Part shown: piece by piece, positions 45,625-58,909 of the stretch
How positions within the stretch are numbered: position 1 is the stretch's first letter
Layout of the letters: the number at the start of each line of letters is the position of its first letter
From: an uncultured Clostridia bacterium
GTDB lineage: Bacteria; Bacillota; Clostridia; Oscillospirales; Ruminococcaceae
Length of the DNA stretch: 64,000 nt
Assembly: GCA_947624745.1 (NCBI GenBank)
Contig: CANQLR010000008.1
Span: 1,480 to 65,479 of the forward strand
Direction of reading: 5' to 3'
Made by a program: the position numbers and the translations under genes
The notes under the pieces: generated by a model
Told to the model about the DNA's origin: nothing
What the model saw: the letters and a program-made list of their open reading frames with translations, nothing else
Databases searched by the model: none

Positions 45625-46350
45625 TCAATCCCCCGTATCCGCCCACTCCATCACCCGCATGATCTCCCCGCTTTTTATGATCAAATCCGCGCTCGGGCGA
45701 TCCCCCTTCGGCGAGATTTTTGATCGCACGTACACCGTCGCGAGGCCGAGCTTTTTCGCGGGCTCGATGTCGCAGGCCATGTCGTTTCCGACCATCACCG
45801 TCCTACGCGGGTCGAGGCCTTTGATCGCCTCCCCGAAAAACCGCAGATCCGGCTTTTTTATGCCGAGCTCGGACGACAGGAATATTTTGTCAAACAGCCG
45901 GTCGAGCCCGAGCTGCCGCAGCTCCGGCCGCGTGAAGGCCGCCTGCGCGTTCGAGAGCAGGATCACCCTCGCGCCGGTCTCCGAAAGCCCCGAAAGCAGC
46001 CGCGCGGCGTTCGGGTAGAGGCGGATAAATTTTGTCGAGGCGCGCCGAAACCCCACCGCAGTTTTTTCCGCGAGCCTCCCGCCCGCCGAAACGCCCTTTT
46101 CGCGGTACAAAAGCCGAAACACCCGCAAAATATCTATCTCGGGATATGTTTCTTTCAGGCCGATTTTCGCCTCCCGCTCGAGCTCGCCCGCCGCCTCAAA
46201 ATAGCGCTTTTCAAGCTCTTTGGGAGAATATTCCGCCCCGTTTTCGCGAAAAATTTCGGCGGTTTTTTCCCAGCAGCCCTTGCCGCGCTCGTCGGTGCGA
46301 ATGTCAACGAGCGTTCCGTAAAGGTCAAAAATAAAATTATCGGCTCTCAT
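45625..46350 (-). CDS. HAD-superfamily hydrolase
   Basis: 241 aa from ATG 46350 with FIFDLYGTLVD (DxD motif), LLSNAQ and GNDMACDI. Confidence 0.82.
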   Translation of the reverse strand: MRADNFIFDLYGTLVDIRTDERGKGCWEKTAEIFRENGAEYSPKELEKRYFEAAGELEREAKIGLKETYPEIDILRVFRLLYREKGVSAGGRLAEKTAVGFRRASTKFIRLYPNAARLLSGLSETGARVILLSNAQAAFTRPELRQLGLDRLFDKIFLSSELGIKKPDLRFFGEAIKGLDPRRTVMVGNDMACDIEPAKKLGLATVYVRSKISPKGDRPSADLIIKSGEIMRVMEWADTGD

Positions 46351-48286
46351 TGTCGGCCTCGATTTCTTCCAGCTTTCGGTAGACCCTGAGCGTCTCGCCG
46401 ACGCTCCACGCCTGCGCGAAGCAGCCCTTCGACTCACCCGGATCACTCCCGTCGTAGACCTCCGCAATCTGCCCGATACAGCCCTCGCGAAGGATCTCCG
46501 GCATTTTCCCGAGCAGCCCGCGGACCCATTTCGCCGCCTCCTTCGAGTATCCCCCGAGCCGAAGCGCCGCGAGGTAAAACGCCCCCGCGGGGAACGGCCA
46601 GACCGTCCCCTGGTGATACGCCATGTCCCTCGAAAGCTGCGACCCGCCGTAAAACGGGTGAAAATCGGGGTCGTCGGGCGAGAGCGTGCGAAGCCCGAAA
46701 GGCGTGTATAAGTGCCGCCAAACGGCCTCTAAGACGCTTTTTTCGCGCTCCTCGGGGAGCATCGTAAACGGCATCGAAAGCGCCCAGATCTGATTGCAGC
46801 GCAGCTTTTCGTCCGCCTCCGTCCCCGAGAGCACGTCGCGAAGATAGCCCTTGTCCTTTAGCCAGAATTTCTCGTTAAAGGACTTTTTTACCTTTTCTGC
46901 GAGATCCGCATACTCCCCGCCGTCCTCGCCGAGAGCCTTCGCCATAACCGCCGCCGCCATAAGGTCGCTGTACCAGTAGGCGTTGATCTCGACCGGCTTG
47001 CCGTGGCGGGGCGTGGGGAGAATGTCGCCGATCCGAACGTCCATCCAGGTCACCTGATCAAGCCCCTCGCCCGCCGAAATAAGCCCATCGGTATCCATTT
47101 TTATCGCGAAATCCGCGCCGTTTATATACGCCGAGATGATTTTTTTGACGGTCGGCCACGCGCTCCGCAGAAAGTCCCGATCGCCCGTTTCGCGTAAAAC
47201 CTCCCACACGCAGTTTATAAAGAGAAGCGGCGCGTCCGCCGAGTTATACATCGGCTGCTCGCTGCCCTCGGGGAAGCAGTTCGGCAGCAGCCCGCCGCGC
47301 TCGAAGCCGATGAACGTCCCGAGGATACTCTTCGCGTCCGATAGCCTTCCGGTCGCGATGCAAAGCCCCGAAAGCGCGATCATCGTGTCCCGCCCCCAGT
47401 CGCCGAAAAACGGGTAGCCCGCGATGACCGTCTTCCCGCCGACCGATTTTCTGTAGGCGATGAAGCAGTCCGCCGCGCGGGAGAGTTCCTTCGCCTCGGG
47501 GGTCCTGAAGCGCGAGCCCTCGATCAGGCCTTTTCTCCTTTTTTTGCAGGCGAGGATTATCTCCCCGCCGGTTTTTTCGCATTTTTCGGAGGAAAACACC
47601 GCCCAAAGCCTGCCGCTTTCGCCCGCGGGAACGCGCAGGCTCATACTCATGCAGGCGAACCCGAAGCCGCTTTTCCGCCTGCCGTCCTTTTCGTCGTCGG
47701 GATACGAAAGCTGCTCATACTTTACGGGCTTAACCTTTATCTCCCCGTTCGAGCGGACGAACGCCCGAAGCCCTGCGGCCTCGACAAAGCCCTCGCCCGA
47801 ATTTACTTCTAACCTTTCCTGCGGAGGCTCGCCCTTCAGGGCCATCTGAAAAACCGGCGTGACGGTAAGAGTGCAAGGCGCTCCCGAGCGGTTTTTTATC
47901 TCATATTCGACCGCCGAGGCGTTTTCCTCCCACGCGATGCCGACCCGCCTCACGATCTCGACCCCGAGCGCGGAATATCGCCACTCGGGAAGATCGTCAA
48001 GGGTAAACTCGCGAAGATGCAGCCGGCCGTCCTCGCAGCCGCCGCCGGAAAAGCTTTGGCTCGAAAGGCAGACCTCGCCCTCCCCCGCTAAAAGCCTCTC
48101 GCTGAGGCGATGCACAAGCGTATATCTCCTGCTCGGCGACTCGGCGGCGATGAGAAGCCCCTGGTCGGCCCTCGTGACCGAAAACCCGACCGACATCGAG
48201 GCAAATCCCCCGAGCCCGTTCGTCAAAAGCCAGCAGTTTTTTTCGCCCCGCTCCAGCTCGGAAAAACCGTCAAAGACAAATTTCAA
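46337..48286 (-). CDS. Glycogen debranching enzyme (amylo-alpha-1,6-glucosidase family, GDE_C type)
   Basis: 649 aa with a TTG start and an AAGGAGG RBS. Motifs are GYPFFGDWGRDTMIAL and YHQGTVWPFPAGAFY. Confidence 0.82.
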   Translation of the reverse strand: MKFVFDGFSELERGEKNCWLLTNGLGGFASMSVGFSVTRADQGLLIAAESPSRRYTLVHRLSERLLAGEGEVCLSSQSFSGGGCEDGRLHLREFTLDDLPEWRYSALGVEIVRRVGIAWEENASAVEYEIKNRSGAPCTLTVTPVFQMALKGEPPQERLEVNSGEGFVEAAGLRAFVRSNGEIKVKPVKYEQLSYPDDEKDGRRKSGFGFACMSMSLRVPAGESGRLWAVFSSEKCEKTGGEIILACKKRRKGLIEGSRFRTPEAKELSRAADCFIAYRKSVGGKTVIAGYPFFGDWGRDTMIALSGLCIATGRLSDAKSILGTFIGFERGGLLPNCFPEGSEQPMYNSADAPLLFINCVWEVLRETGDRDFLRSAWPTVKKIISAYINGADFAIKMDTDGLISAGEGLDQVTWMDVRIGDILPTPRHGKPVEINAYWYSDLMAAAVMAKALGEDGGEYADLAEKVKKSFNEKFWLKDKGYLRDVLSGTEADEKLRCNQIWALSMPFTMLPEEREKSVLEAVWRHLYTPFGLRTLSPDDPDFHPFYGGSQLSRDMAYHQGTVWPFPAGAFYLAALRLGGYSKEAAKWVRGLLGKMPEILREGCIGQIAEVYDGSDPGESKGCFAQAWSVGETLRVYRKLEEIEADNESR

Positions 48287-48301
48287 GCTCCGCCCTCCTT
48301 A

Positions 48302-49936
48302 TCACGCCGAAAGGCCTAAGACCGCGCTGGTCTTTTCGCTCAGGGTCAGCATATCCCCGTCGAGCGAGGCCTCCCCCACGCCGATAAACGCCCGAAGCTC
48401 CGCCCCGCTGATCCCGACCGCTGAAAGATCGACCGTCTGCTCGCTGTTTGTGGTGTTGTGAATGACCGCGACCGAGCTGCCGTTATAGGTCGAGACAAAC
48501 CCGCCGACCTTCGTGTCGGAAAATTCGAGCGCGGTATAGTCGCCCCTCGCGATGGCGGGGTTCGCTTTTCTTATCATGATTAACTTTTTGTAGTAGCTTA
48601 AAAGGCTCCCGCCGTCGGCGAGCTGCTCTGCGGCGCTCGCGTCCACCCTCGCGGACTTGTAATTCGCGCCTGTCGGGTCCTTGACCGTATCGCCGTCGCC
48701 CCATTCCATCTTAAGGCGGCGGTTGGCGTCAGTGTCGGATCCCCCGCGAGAGCCCCTTAGCCCTATCTCCTCGCCGTAATAGATGAACGGCGAGCCGGAG
48801 GAGAGGATATATAGGTTCGCGGCCATCTTCATCTGCCCGCTCGCCTCGGTGAGATACCCCGCAGCCCTGTCGGTGTCGTGATTGGCGATGAACGGGACTA
48901 TCATCGCGCTTTCGTTGAGCCCCTCGACCCGTTCGAGATACTCGTCGATATAGCTTGTGTACTTGTTGACGTCCCCCGCCTGCGCCGTCTGGGCGATGAG
49001 CCCCGAGGTCTGCGAGGTGGTGAAATCGAAGCAGTTGAGCGCGGGATAGTAGCAGTCGGTCACGCCGTCGCTGTCCCACACCTCGGCAACGGTGTAGATG
49101 TCAGGCTTTATTTTTTTGAGCTCGCCGATGTACCACTCCCAGAATTCGGCGCTTTGGGTGTTGTCGCCGTAGTAGATATACTTCGCCGCGTCGAATCTGA
49201 ACCCGTCCACGCCGAGATCGAGATAATATTTTGCGACGTCAAGGACAGCCTGCCTCACCTCGTCGTTGTCATAGTCGAGCTCCGGCATGCTCGGCGAAAA
49301 GTTGCACTCGTAAAGATCGTCCGAGCCGGCAATTTTCGTGAAGGTCCTTCCCGCCGGCGGGGTCTCTCCCGCGGGGCAGAAGGCGTAAAAATCATAGTAC
49401 GGGTCTTCCGTATCGCCGTTTATATGCGGCCCGCGAAACGCGTTGAACCACGGGTTGTTCGGCCCGGTGTGATTGATGACGAGATCAAGTATTACCTTGA
49501 CGTTTCGCTCGTGGCAGAGATCTAAAAGCTCCTTTAAATCCTCCTCGGTGCCGAATTTCGGGTCGATTTGATAATAGTCGTCGACGTCGTATTTGTGATA
49601 GCTCTGCGACTTGAAGATCGGGCTGAGCCACAGCCCCTCGACCCCGAGGCTCAACCCCGAGGCGTCGTCGCCGTCGTTTAAATAGTCCATTCGGTCGATT
49701 ATCCCCCTGATGTCCCCCGTGCCGTCGCCGTCGTGATCCGAAAAAGAGCCGACGAAGATCTCATAGAACACCCGGTAGTTGTCCTCGGTCGGGACTGCGC
49801 CCGCACATTCCTCGCCGCCGATGACAGCCTCGCCGTTTTTCCCGAGGGGAAACTCCCCCGTTTTGTCATATTCCTTCGCCGAGCACCCGACGAGCGTCAT
49901 AAGCGCGAGGGCGATAACAGCAATGCGTTTTTTCAT
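48302..49936 (-). CDS. GH13 alpha-amylase-family lipoprotein
   Basis: 544 aa with lipobox LVGC and the conserved GH13 regions DLVINHTG, GFRFDAAKY, EVWD and FIANHD. Confidence 0.9.
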   Translation of the reverse strand: MKKRIAVIALALMTLVGCSAKEYDKTGEFPLGKNGEAVIGGEECAGAVPTEDNYRVFYEIFVGSFSDHDGDGTGDIRGIIDRMDYLNDGDDASGLSLGVEGLWLSPIFKSQSYHKYDVDDYYQIDPKFGTEEDLKELLDLCHERNVKVILDLVINHTGPNNPWFNAFRGPHINGDTEDPYYDFYAFCPAGETPPAGRTFTKIAGSDDLYECNFSPSMPELDYDNDEVRQAVLDVAKYYLDLGVDGFRFDAAKYIYYGDNTQSAEFWEWYIGELKKIKPDIYTVAEVWDSDGVTDCYYPALNCFDFTTSQTSGLIAQTAQAGDVNKYTSYIDEYLERVEGLNESAMIVPFIANHDTDRAAGYLTEASGQMKMAANLYILSSGSPFIYYGEEIGLRGSRGGSDTDANRRLKMEWGDGDTVKDPTGANYKSARVDASAAEQLADGGSLLSYYKKLIMIRKANPAIARGDYTALEFSDTKVGGFVSTYNGSSVAVIHNTTNSEQTVDLSAVGISGAELRAFIGVGEASLDGDMLTLSEKTSAVLGLSA

Positions 49937-49998
49937 ACTTCCTCCTTAAATCAAAGGGCTGCGACCGTGAACGGCCACAGCCCCGAAAGCGCTGAATG

Positions 49999-51129
49999 TC
50001 AGACGAGAAGGTTCTTTTCCGTCTCGGGATCGAAAAGGTGCATCGCCTTCCCGCTGAAGGTGATGTGAAGCTTTGCGCCCGCAACCAAAGCCTTGCGCTC
50101 CTCCTTGCCGATATCGAGGGTCGGAACGCGGACTATGAGCCTTGAAGCCCCGTCGGCGTCGCCCGCGTCGACGTGAAGATGAAGCTCCGAGCCCATCATC
50201 TCGTCCACCACGAGGTTGCAGGGAATGGCGTTTTCGCTCTCGCCCGAAAGCTCGATATGCTCGGGACGAACGCCCAGAAGAACCTTCCCCGCCTTGATGT
50301 TTTTCTTCGCGAGGATCTCGCCCTTGTCGCCGTCGACCGCTATCTTCGCGCCGAACGGGGTCACATAATACTTCCCGTTCTCGCAAAGAAGCTCGGTGCT
50401 GATTATATTCATCTTCGGCGCGCCGATAAACTCGGCCACAAAGAGGTTATCCGGCATGTCGAACACCTCGTCCGGCGAGCCTACCTGCATGATGAATCCG
50501 TCCTTCATGATGACGATGCGGTCCGCAAGGGTCATCGCCTCGGTCTGGTCGTGGGTGACGTAGATGAAGGTGGTGTCGAGCTTCTGGCGAAGAAGGATTA
50601 TCTCTGCCCTCATCTGGTTTCTCAGCTTCGCGTCAAGGTTCGAGAGCGGTTCGTCCATCAGAAACACCTTTGAATCCCTGACCATCGCGCGGCCGATCGC
50701 GACTCGCTGCCTCTGTCCGCCCGAAAGAGCCCGAGGCTTGCGCATCAGATACTCTGTTATGCCGAGCGTTTCGGCGGCCTTTGTGACCTTGTCATAGATC
50801 ACGTCCTCCGGCACCTTTTTGAGCCGAAGCGAGAACGCGATGTTGTCGTAAACGCTCATGTGCGGGTAAAGCGCATAGTTCTGGAAGACCATCGCAATGC
50901 CCCTGTCCTTCGGCTGAAGGTCGTTGACGACCTCGCCGTCTATCTCTATTGTCCCCTCGCTTATCTCCTCGAGCCCCGCTATCATTCTTAGGGTGGTGGA
51001 TTTTCCGCAGCCCGAGGGCCCGACGAACACCACGAATTCCTTGTCCTTGATCTCGAGGTTGAAGTCGTGAACGGCCACGACGTTTTTGTCGTATATTTTC
51101 TTGACGTTAGTCAGTTTTACACTTGCCAT
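49999..51129 (-). CDS. msmX: Sugar ABC transporter ATPase (MsmX/MalK/UgpC type)
   Basis: 376 aa with [32 protein letters not shown] and [12 protein letters not shown]. Confidence 0.92.
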   Translation of the reverse strand: MASVKLTNVKKIYDKNVVAVHDFNLEIKDKEFVVFVGPSGCGKSTTLRMIAGLEEISEGTIEIDGEVVNDLQPKDRGIAMVFQNYALYPHMSVYDNIAFSLRLKKVPEDVIYDKVTKAAETLGITEYLMRKPRALSGGQRQRVAIGRAMVRDSKVFLMDEPLSNLDAKLRNQMRAEIILLRQKLDTTFIYVTHDQTEAMTLADRIVIMKDGFIMQVGSPDEVFDMPDNLFVAEFIGAPKMNIISTELLCENGKYYVTPFGAKIAVDGDKGEILAKKNIKAGKVLLGVRPEHIELSGESENAIPCNLVVDEMMGSELHLHVDAGDADGASRLIVRVPTLDIGKEERKALVAGAKLHITFSGKAMHLFDPETEKNLLV

Positions 51130-51149
51130 ATCCTTATTCTCCTTTCAAA

Positions 51150-52016
51150 TCAGCCCTTGACGGCTCCGCCGGTAACGCCCTCGACATAGTACTTCTGCAA
51201 GCAGAGGAAGAGGATAGTAACGGGCAGCGCGACAATAACGCCGCCGGCGCAGAAGGTGGTATACATGTTGTTGATCTGGTCGTTAGTCAGCCAGCTATAC
51301 ATACCGACGGCAACGTTATAGCCTGCGGAGGTGCCGAACGCAACGTATCTTGCGAAGACATAGTCGCCCCAAGGGCCCATGAAGGCGGTGAGGATGGTAT
51401 AAATAACTATCGGCTTTGCAAGCGGCAGAATGATCTTGTAAAGGACCTGAAGCCTTGTCGCTCCGTCGACCCTTGCCGCTTCGTCGAGGGATTTCGGTAT
51501 GGTGTCGAAGAACCCCTTCGAGACGTAATATCCCATGCCCGAGGAGGCCACGCTCACAAGAATAAGGCCGGGGACCGCGTTGGCCTGGGTGAGGCCGAGG
51601 TCGGAAAGGACGCGGTATAAAATTATCATCGTGAGCATTCCCGGGAACATTCCGAGTATCAGCATGAACCTCATAAGAGGCCCTCTCATCTTAAAGCGGA
51701 AGCGGGAAAGGGTATAGCTCATGCAAAGAACGATTATTGTCTGGAAGACCGCCGCAGCGAGCGCGATGATAAAGGTGTTTAAGTACCAGCGCTTGAAGTC
51801 GGAATTCCAGAGGTTTATATAGTTCTGAAGTCCCCACTGCTGGGGGATAACATATCCGACCTGATAGGTGTTTTCGACCCTGAAAGACTGCAAGACGATG
51901 AATACGAACGGTATGAGCCAAATCACGCTTATTATCACCAGAAGAACGTATATCGCGCTGTTGCTGACCCGGTTCAGGGTCTTCATACCCATGTGGTGTT
52001 TATTTTTACTCATCAC
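51150..52016 (-). CDS. Carbohydrate ABC transporter permease (MalG-like)
   Basis: 288 aa with the EAA loop DEAARVDGATRLQVLYKIILPLAKP. Confidence 0.88.
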   Translation of the reverse strand: MMSKNKHHMGMKTLNRVSNSAIYVLLVIISVIWLIPFVFIVLQSFRVENTYQVGYVIPQQWGLQNYINLWNSDFKRWYLNTFIIALAAAVFQTIIVLCMSYTLSRFRFKMRGPLMRFMLILGMFPGMLTMIILYRVLSDLGLTQANAVPGLILVSVASSGMGYYVSKGFFDTIPKSLDEAARVDGATRLQVLYKIILPLAKPIVIYTILTAFMGPWGDYVFARYVAFGTSAGYNVAVGMYSWLTNDQINNMYTTFCAGGVIVALPVTILFLCLQKYYVEGVTGGAVKG

Positions 52017-53641
52017 TGGTAGTCCTCCTCGTTCTTGATAGAAGGCAGCACGTTATAGACGATAAGCGAAATAAGCGCTACCACGACGAACACCATGATG
52101 CCGACGACGGAGGCAAGATAATACTGCGACTCGGCGCCGGTGGTTATCTTGAACAGCCATGTTATCAGAAGGTCGGTGTATCCCACCGAGCCCGCAGCAC
52201 CCGACGCCGCCGGGTTTGTCGGCGCTCCTCCCGTCAGAAGGTAGATGACGTTGAAGTTGTTCATGTTTCCGGTAAAGCTGGTGAGAAGATACGGCCCCGT
52301 GATGAACAGCATATACGGCAGGGTGATCTTGGTGTACTGCTGCCACGCGTTCGCGCCGTCTATCCTTGCCGATTCATAGAGGTCGGCGGGGATATTCATG
52401 AGTATACCGGTCGTTATCAGCATGAGATAGGGTATACCTATCCAGATATTGACAAGGATTACCGTGACCCTCGCCCACGTCGCGTTCTCCCAGAAGGGAA
52501 GCGGCTGCGATATCCACCCGAGGGTGTCCTTAAGGGTGAGGTTTATAAGTCCGTTTCTTGCAAACATCTTCGAGACGTAGAGTAGCGAGATAAACTGCGG
52601 TATCGCGACGGTCATGACCAGCACGGTGCGCCAAAGCTTTTTGAGCGCGATCCCCTTTTTGTTGATCATCATCGCGACGAACATTCCGAGGAAGTAGTTG
52701 GTGAAGGTCGCTAAGAATGCCCAGATAAGCGTCCAGGCGAGTATCTCGCCGAAGGTCGCCGAGTATGACTGCCCGCCGCCCGCGCTCTGCCACGAGAACA
52801 GGGTGTTGAAGTTGTCGAGCCCCACCCATGTGAACAGGTTGTTCGAGTAGCCGTTGTGCGCGCCGTCATAGTTCGTGAACGCGACAAGGATCATGAACAC
52901 GATCGGCATGACCGTGAATATCAGAATGCCGGTCAGCGGAAGCGCCAGAAGCGTCTTATAGAAGTTTTCGTCGACCATCGAGCGGAGGTCGTCCTTGTCG
53001 CTCGAAAGCCTCTTGCCGCTCTTCAAAAACTGCTCCGCGAGCTTGTTCTGCTTGACGTTCAGGCGCCAAGTGTAGATAAGCGCGACGATGAAGAATATAG
53101 TCAGCACGCCGTAGAGAAGTATCTTGAACGAGTTGTCGTTATACGTGGTCGTATAGGTGTCGAGGATCTCGTTATACGCCTGGGTCGGGCCCTGCTTGCC
53201 GAGAGAGGGCAGCATCGAAAGCCAGTAGCCGCCGGCGGTTATCATATAAATGATAAAGACTATCTCGAAAAGAAGGAACAAAAGCCCGCGGAGGACCTGG
53301 CCCCTTGCGATATTGCCGAAGCCCATTACGACAAATGAGACCTTCGTCTTCCAGTCGCCGTTTTTGAAGGTGCTCCCGACGTCCTTTATCTCGTTCACGA
53401 AGGCGACGGCGCCGTTTCTGATCCCGAGGCCGATGTTGACGAAGAACCCGGCTATCGCGGCGGGTATCTTTTTAAAGAACGCAAGGATCTTATAGCAGAA
53501 TTTCTGAAGCTTCGAGAGCCTTAAATACCCCTTGTCGGTGTACTCTTTTAAGAGCGCGCCGATCTCCTTGAAAAATACCTTCGGGCCCTTAAGCCTCCTG
53601 CGCGCCGATTTTCCGGGGTCGGTGCCCTTTTTCCGTTTCAT
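52013..53641 (-). CDS. Carbohydrate ABC transporter permease (MalF-like, with extended N-terminal TM region)
   Basis: 542 aa with the EAA loop YESARIDGANAWQQYTKITLPYM. Confidence 0.88.
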   Translation of the reverse strand: MKRKKGTDPGKSARRRLKGPKVFFKEIGALLKEYTDKGYLRLSKLQKFCYKILAFFKKIPAAIAGFFVNIGLGIRNGAVAFVNEIKDVGSTFKNGDWKTKVSFVVMGFGNIARGQVLRGLLFLLFEIVFIIYMITAGGYWLSMLPSLGKQGPTQAYNEILDTYTTTYNDNSFKILLYGVLTIFFIVALIYTWRLNVKQNKLAEQFLKSGKRLSSDKDDLRSMVDENFYKTLLALPLTGILIFTVMPIVFMILVAFTNYDGAHNGYSNNLFTWVGLDNFNTLFSWQSAGGGQSYSATFGEILAWTLIWAFLATFTNYFLGMFVAMMINKKGIALKKLWRTVLVMTVAIPQFISLLYVSKMFARNGLINLTLKDTLGWISQPLPFWENATWARVTVILVNIWIGIPYLMLITTGILMNIPADLYESARIDGANAWQQYTKITLPYMLFITGPYLLTSFTGNMNNFNVIYLLTGGAPTNPAASGAAGSVGYTDLLITWLFKITTGAESQYYLASVVGIMVFVVVALISLIVYNVLPSIKNEEDYQ

Positions 53642-53745
53642 ATTATCACCCCTTAATAAAATGTCGGGGCCGTTTTGCAGACCCCGACTGATAGCTTATA
53701 TGTCAGGCAATGCCAAAGCTGTTTATTTTTGCTCTGGTTGCTTGA

Positions 53746-55266
53746 TTACGCGGGAATAAGGCTTACCTCGCCGGTCGCAGCGTTAAGCTGGATGTAGTAG
53801 GTGCCGGCGGTCTCGACGACATAGTTGTCGGCAGGATAAGCGACGTCCCAGCTCTTGCCCTGGCGGCACTTGAACTCGACGCCCGCGTCCATGGTGTAGG
53901 CCTCGTTCGAGGTCCAGATATCGCCGTCGGCGGTCATGGGCAGGTCGATGCTCCAGCCGTCGCCGTTGATAGAGCCTATAACGGTGAAGGCGTTCTTGAC
54001 GTCGTCGGACATGGTGAACACCGCCTGGATGCTCTCCTCATACTTGGTAAGAGCGGCCTTGAGGGCGTCGTCCGAGCCGTCAGAATCCTTGATGTCGGTG
54101 GCGATGACCTTCGCGATATCCCACCAGGAGCCGTGAATGTTCGGCTGAGGAACGGCATAGTTGCCCTGCTCGTTCAGAGCCGCGAGGGTGGGATCTGAGG
54201 TAACTGCGGGATCCTCAAGAGCTTCCTTATTGGTGGGACCCCAACCGAAGGAGTTGAATCTTGCGAGCTGGCAGTCCTTGCCGGTCAGATACTGCGCGAG
54301 CCTTGCGATGGCGGCGCCCTTGGTGGCGTCGGTCTGGGGCTTTACGCCAAGGAGCTTGCAGCCGCTGTAGGAGCCGATGTGATAGCTCTGTCCGTCGACC
54401 TCAAACGAAGGAAGATCGGTAACGCCGAAGTTGTCGCCGAGCTGATCCTTGATGGTCGCATAGTTCCAGGTGCCGGTGACGACAACGGCGGAACCGCTGG
54501 CGAAGTCGGCGTTGGAGGAGTTCACATAGCTCTTCGAGGTGACGACCTTCTGGAGGCCCTTGGCGGCGATGAGGCCCTTGTCGGAGTTGAAGTCGTCGTC
54601 TATAGAGATGAAGTTGCCGTCGTTATCGGTGACCCAGTCGGAATGGCAGCCAACGCCGAAGAAGAATCCGGCGGAATACCAGGCGTTTTCAAGCTCGAAC
54701 GAGATGTTCTTGCCCGCGGCCTCGCAGTCGGCGATTATGGCCTCGAGGCTGTCGACGTCCGAATCGGGAACGACGCTCTTGTCATAGTACATGAAGTAGC
54801 CGTTATCGGCGGTCAGAGGATAAGCGTAGAGGTCGGAGCCCGACTGCGCCGCAAGAATGGAGGCGGCGTTGTTGTTATCCTTGGCATAGGTGGCGGCGGC
54901 GCTTCCGAGCTTGGAAAGGGCGCCGGCCTGGATAAGACGGCTGAGCTGGTCCTGCGCGAAGAAGTAGAGATCTCCGCCGGCCTGAACGTCGGTGATCATG
55001 TTGGTAGCCGCGTCAGCCTCGGAAACGGGCTCGACGGTGGCGTTGATGGTGATGCCGTATTCATTCGAGCTGTTGAAGGCGTCGACCTGCGACTTGGTGA
55101 GGTCTACCGCCGCTTCGGGCGCCCAAATAACAACGTCGTATGTACCTGCGAGCTCAACTCCCGCATCTTCCGCGCCGTCAGACGCCCCCCCGCCCGCGTC
55201 ATTTCCGCAGGCCGCGAAGGTCATCATCATGGCGAGAGCCAAAATGATTGCTAAAAGTTTTTTCAT
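53746..55266 (-). CDS. Extracellular solute-binding lipoprotein (maltodextrin/oligosaccharide type) with an additional ~80-aa C-terminal beta-sandwich-like module
   Basis: 506 aa with lipobox FAACG and an SBP_bac_1-like body. The C-terminal tail is FTVIGSINGDGWSIDLPMTADGDIWTSNEAYTMDAGVEFKCRQGKSWDVAYP... Confidence 0.82.
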   Translation of the reverse strand: MKKLLAIILALAMMMTFAACGNDAGGGASDGAEDAGVELAGTYDVVIWAPEAAVDLTKSQVDAFNSSNEYGITINATVEPVSEADAATNMITDVQAGGDLYFFAQDQLSRLIQAGALSKLGSAAATYAKDNNNAASILAAQSGSDLYAYPLTADNGYFMYYDKSVVPDSDVDSLEAIIADCEAAGKNISFELENAWYSAGFFFGVGCHSDWVTDNDGNFISIDDDFNSDKGLIAAKGLQKVVTSKSYVNSSNADFASGSAVVVTGTWNYATIKDQLGDNFGVTDLPSFEVDGQSYHIGSYSGCKLLGVKPQTDATKGAAIARLAQYLTGKDCQLARFNSFGWGPTNKEALEDPAVTSDPTLAALNEQGNYAVPQPNIHGSWWDIAKVIATDIKDSDGSDDALKAALTKYEESIQAVFTMSDDVKNAFTVIGSINGDGWSIDLPMTADGDIWTSNEAYTMDAGVEFKCRQGKSWDVAYPADNYVVETAGTYYIQLNAATGEVSLIPA

Positions 55267-55576
55267 AATTGTTCCTCCTAATATAATAGGTCAACAACAG
55301 TCCGCCGAGGTTTCCCCGGCGAAGCGGGGCATTTTGTCCTTAACTGTTATCTTTAACATTATATCACAACTTTTCTATAAATTCAATAATTTTCGCTTCA
55401 AAAAACCGTAATCATTTTAGATGAACTTTTGTTAAATTCTTTGTGTGAAATGCTCAACACTGCTTCAAAGGTTTTATATGTTAAATCGTTCCAACGCCGC
55501 CTTCCCGGTTCCCTTAATTCGGATCCGTCACCGCAGGTGACACCTTAAATCTCTGACCTCTGACCTCTGTCCTCTG

Positions 55577-58069
<2,493 letters not shown>

Positions 58070-58083
<14 letters not shown>

Positions 58084-58570
58084 TTTGAACCTCTATTGCC
58101 GCAATGTATCCGTGAACGGCGTAGACCGCGCAAACGCGCGCATTTCCGAGCTTTTTCGCCCTGCTCGCGGCAACCCAGAAGTGGCGCTTTTCGCCCTCCG
58201 CCATCACCTCGCAGCCCAAAACGTCGACGCTGTTTCGTATCGTCATTCGCTCGCCGGTAAACGCAAGACTTCCGGCAATTCTCTCCCGTATATTGTCGGA
58301 AAGGGTCTTGGCGTGCGAAAGCTCTTTTTTCGCCCCGCCGACCAAATAGATAACGCAGTAAATTATTATCCACCCCGAAATTATTGCGACAAGGACTGCC
58401 GACCGCTCGTTTTTGGCGGCGTTCGCGGTGTTTGCAAGCGCGGCCAGTAAAACGCAGGCCGCAAGCGAGATCGCCCCGAAAACCACCAGCCCAATCGATA
58501 GAAACCTTATTTTTTTCCGCAGCTTTTCCACGTCCGAATCGCTGTAAAGCCCGATGACATGTCCTTCCAT
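58070..58570 (-). CDS. Hypothetical two-TM membrane protein
   Basis: 166 aa from ATG 58570. Confidence 0.5.
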
Positions 58571-58858
58571 GGCGTGGGTCCTTTCTATGAATTGTATGAT
58601 GACTGTATTACAATTTAGAGACATACAAGCATGGCTTTAAAAAGGCTATGATATTAATCGTTACCAATTTAGGCCTAAAAACAGTATAGCAGAATACTGG
58701 GAAAATGTCAAATGGGATTATATAAAAATGGATGCATTAGGTAGTGAAGATGGGCAGGTATGCTCTTAACAATGTACCATATTATGATAATATGAAGTTA
58801 TAAACATACAATTCTCCTTGTTCCCATAAAGCTAAATATGTATTATTAGAAATGTATA

Positions 58859-58887
58859 TTGACGATATACTAAACTCATGTTATAAT
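58859..58887 (+). promoter_or_regulatory. Promoter of the P-loop protein gene
   Basis: TTGACG (58859-58864), a 17-nt spacer, then TATAAT (58882-58887). Confidence 0.6.
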
Positions 58888-58909
58888 ATCCAAAAACAAG
58901 GAGGTGCGT

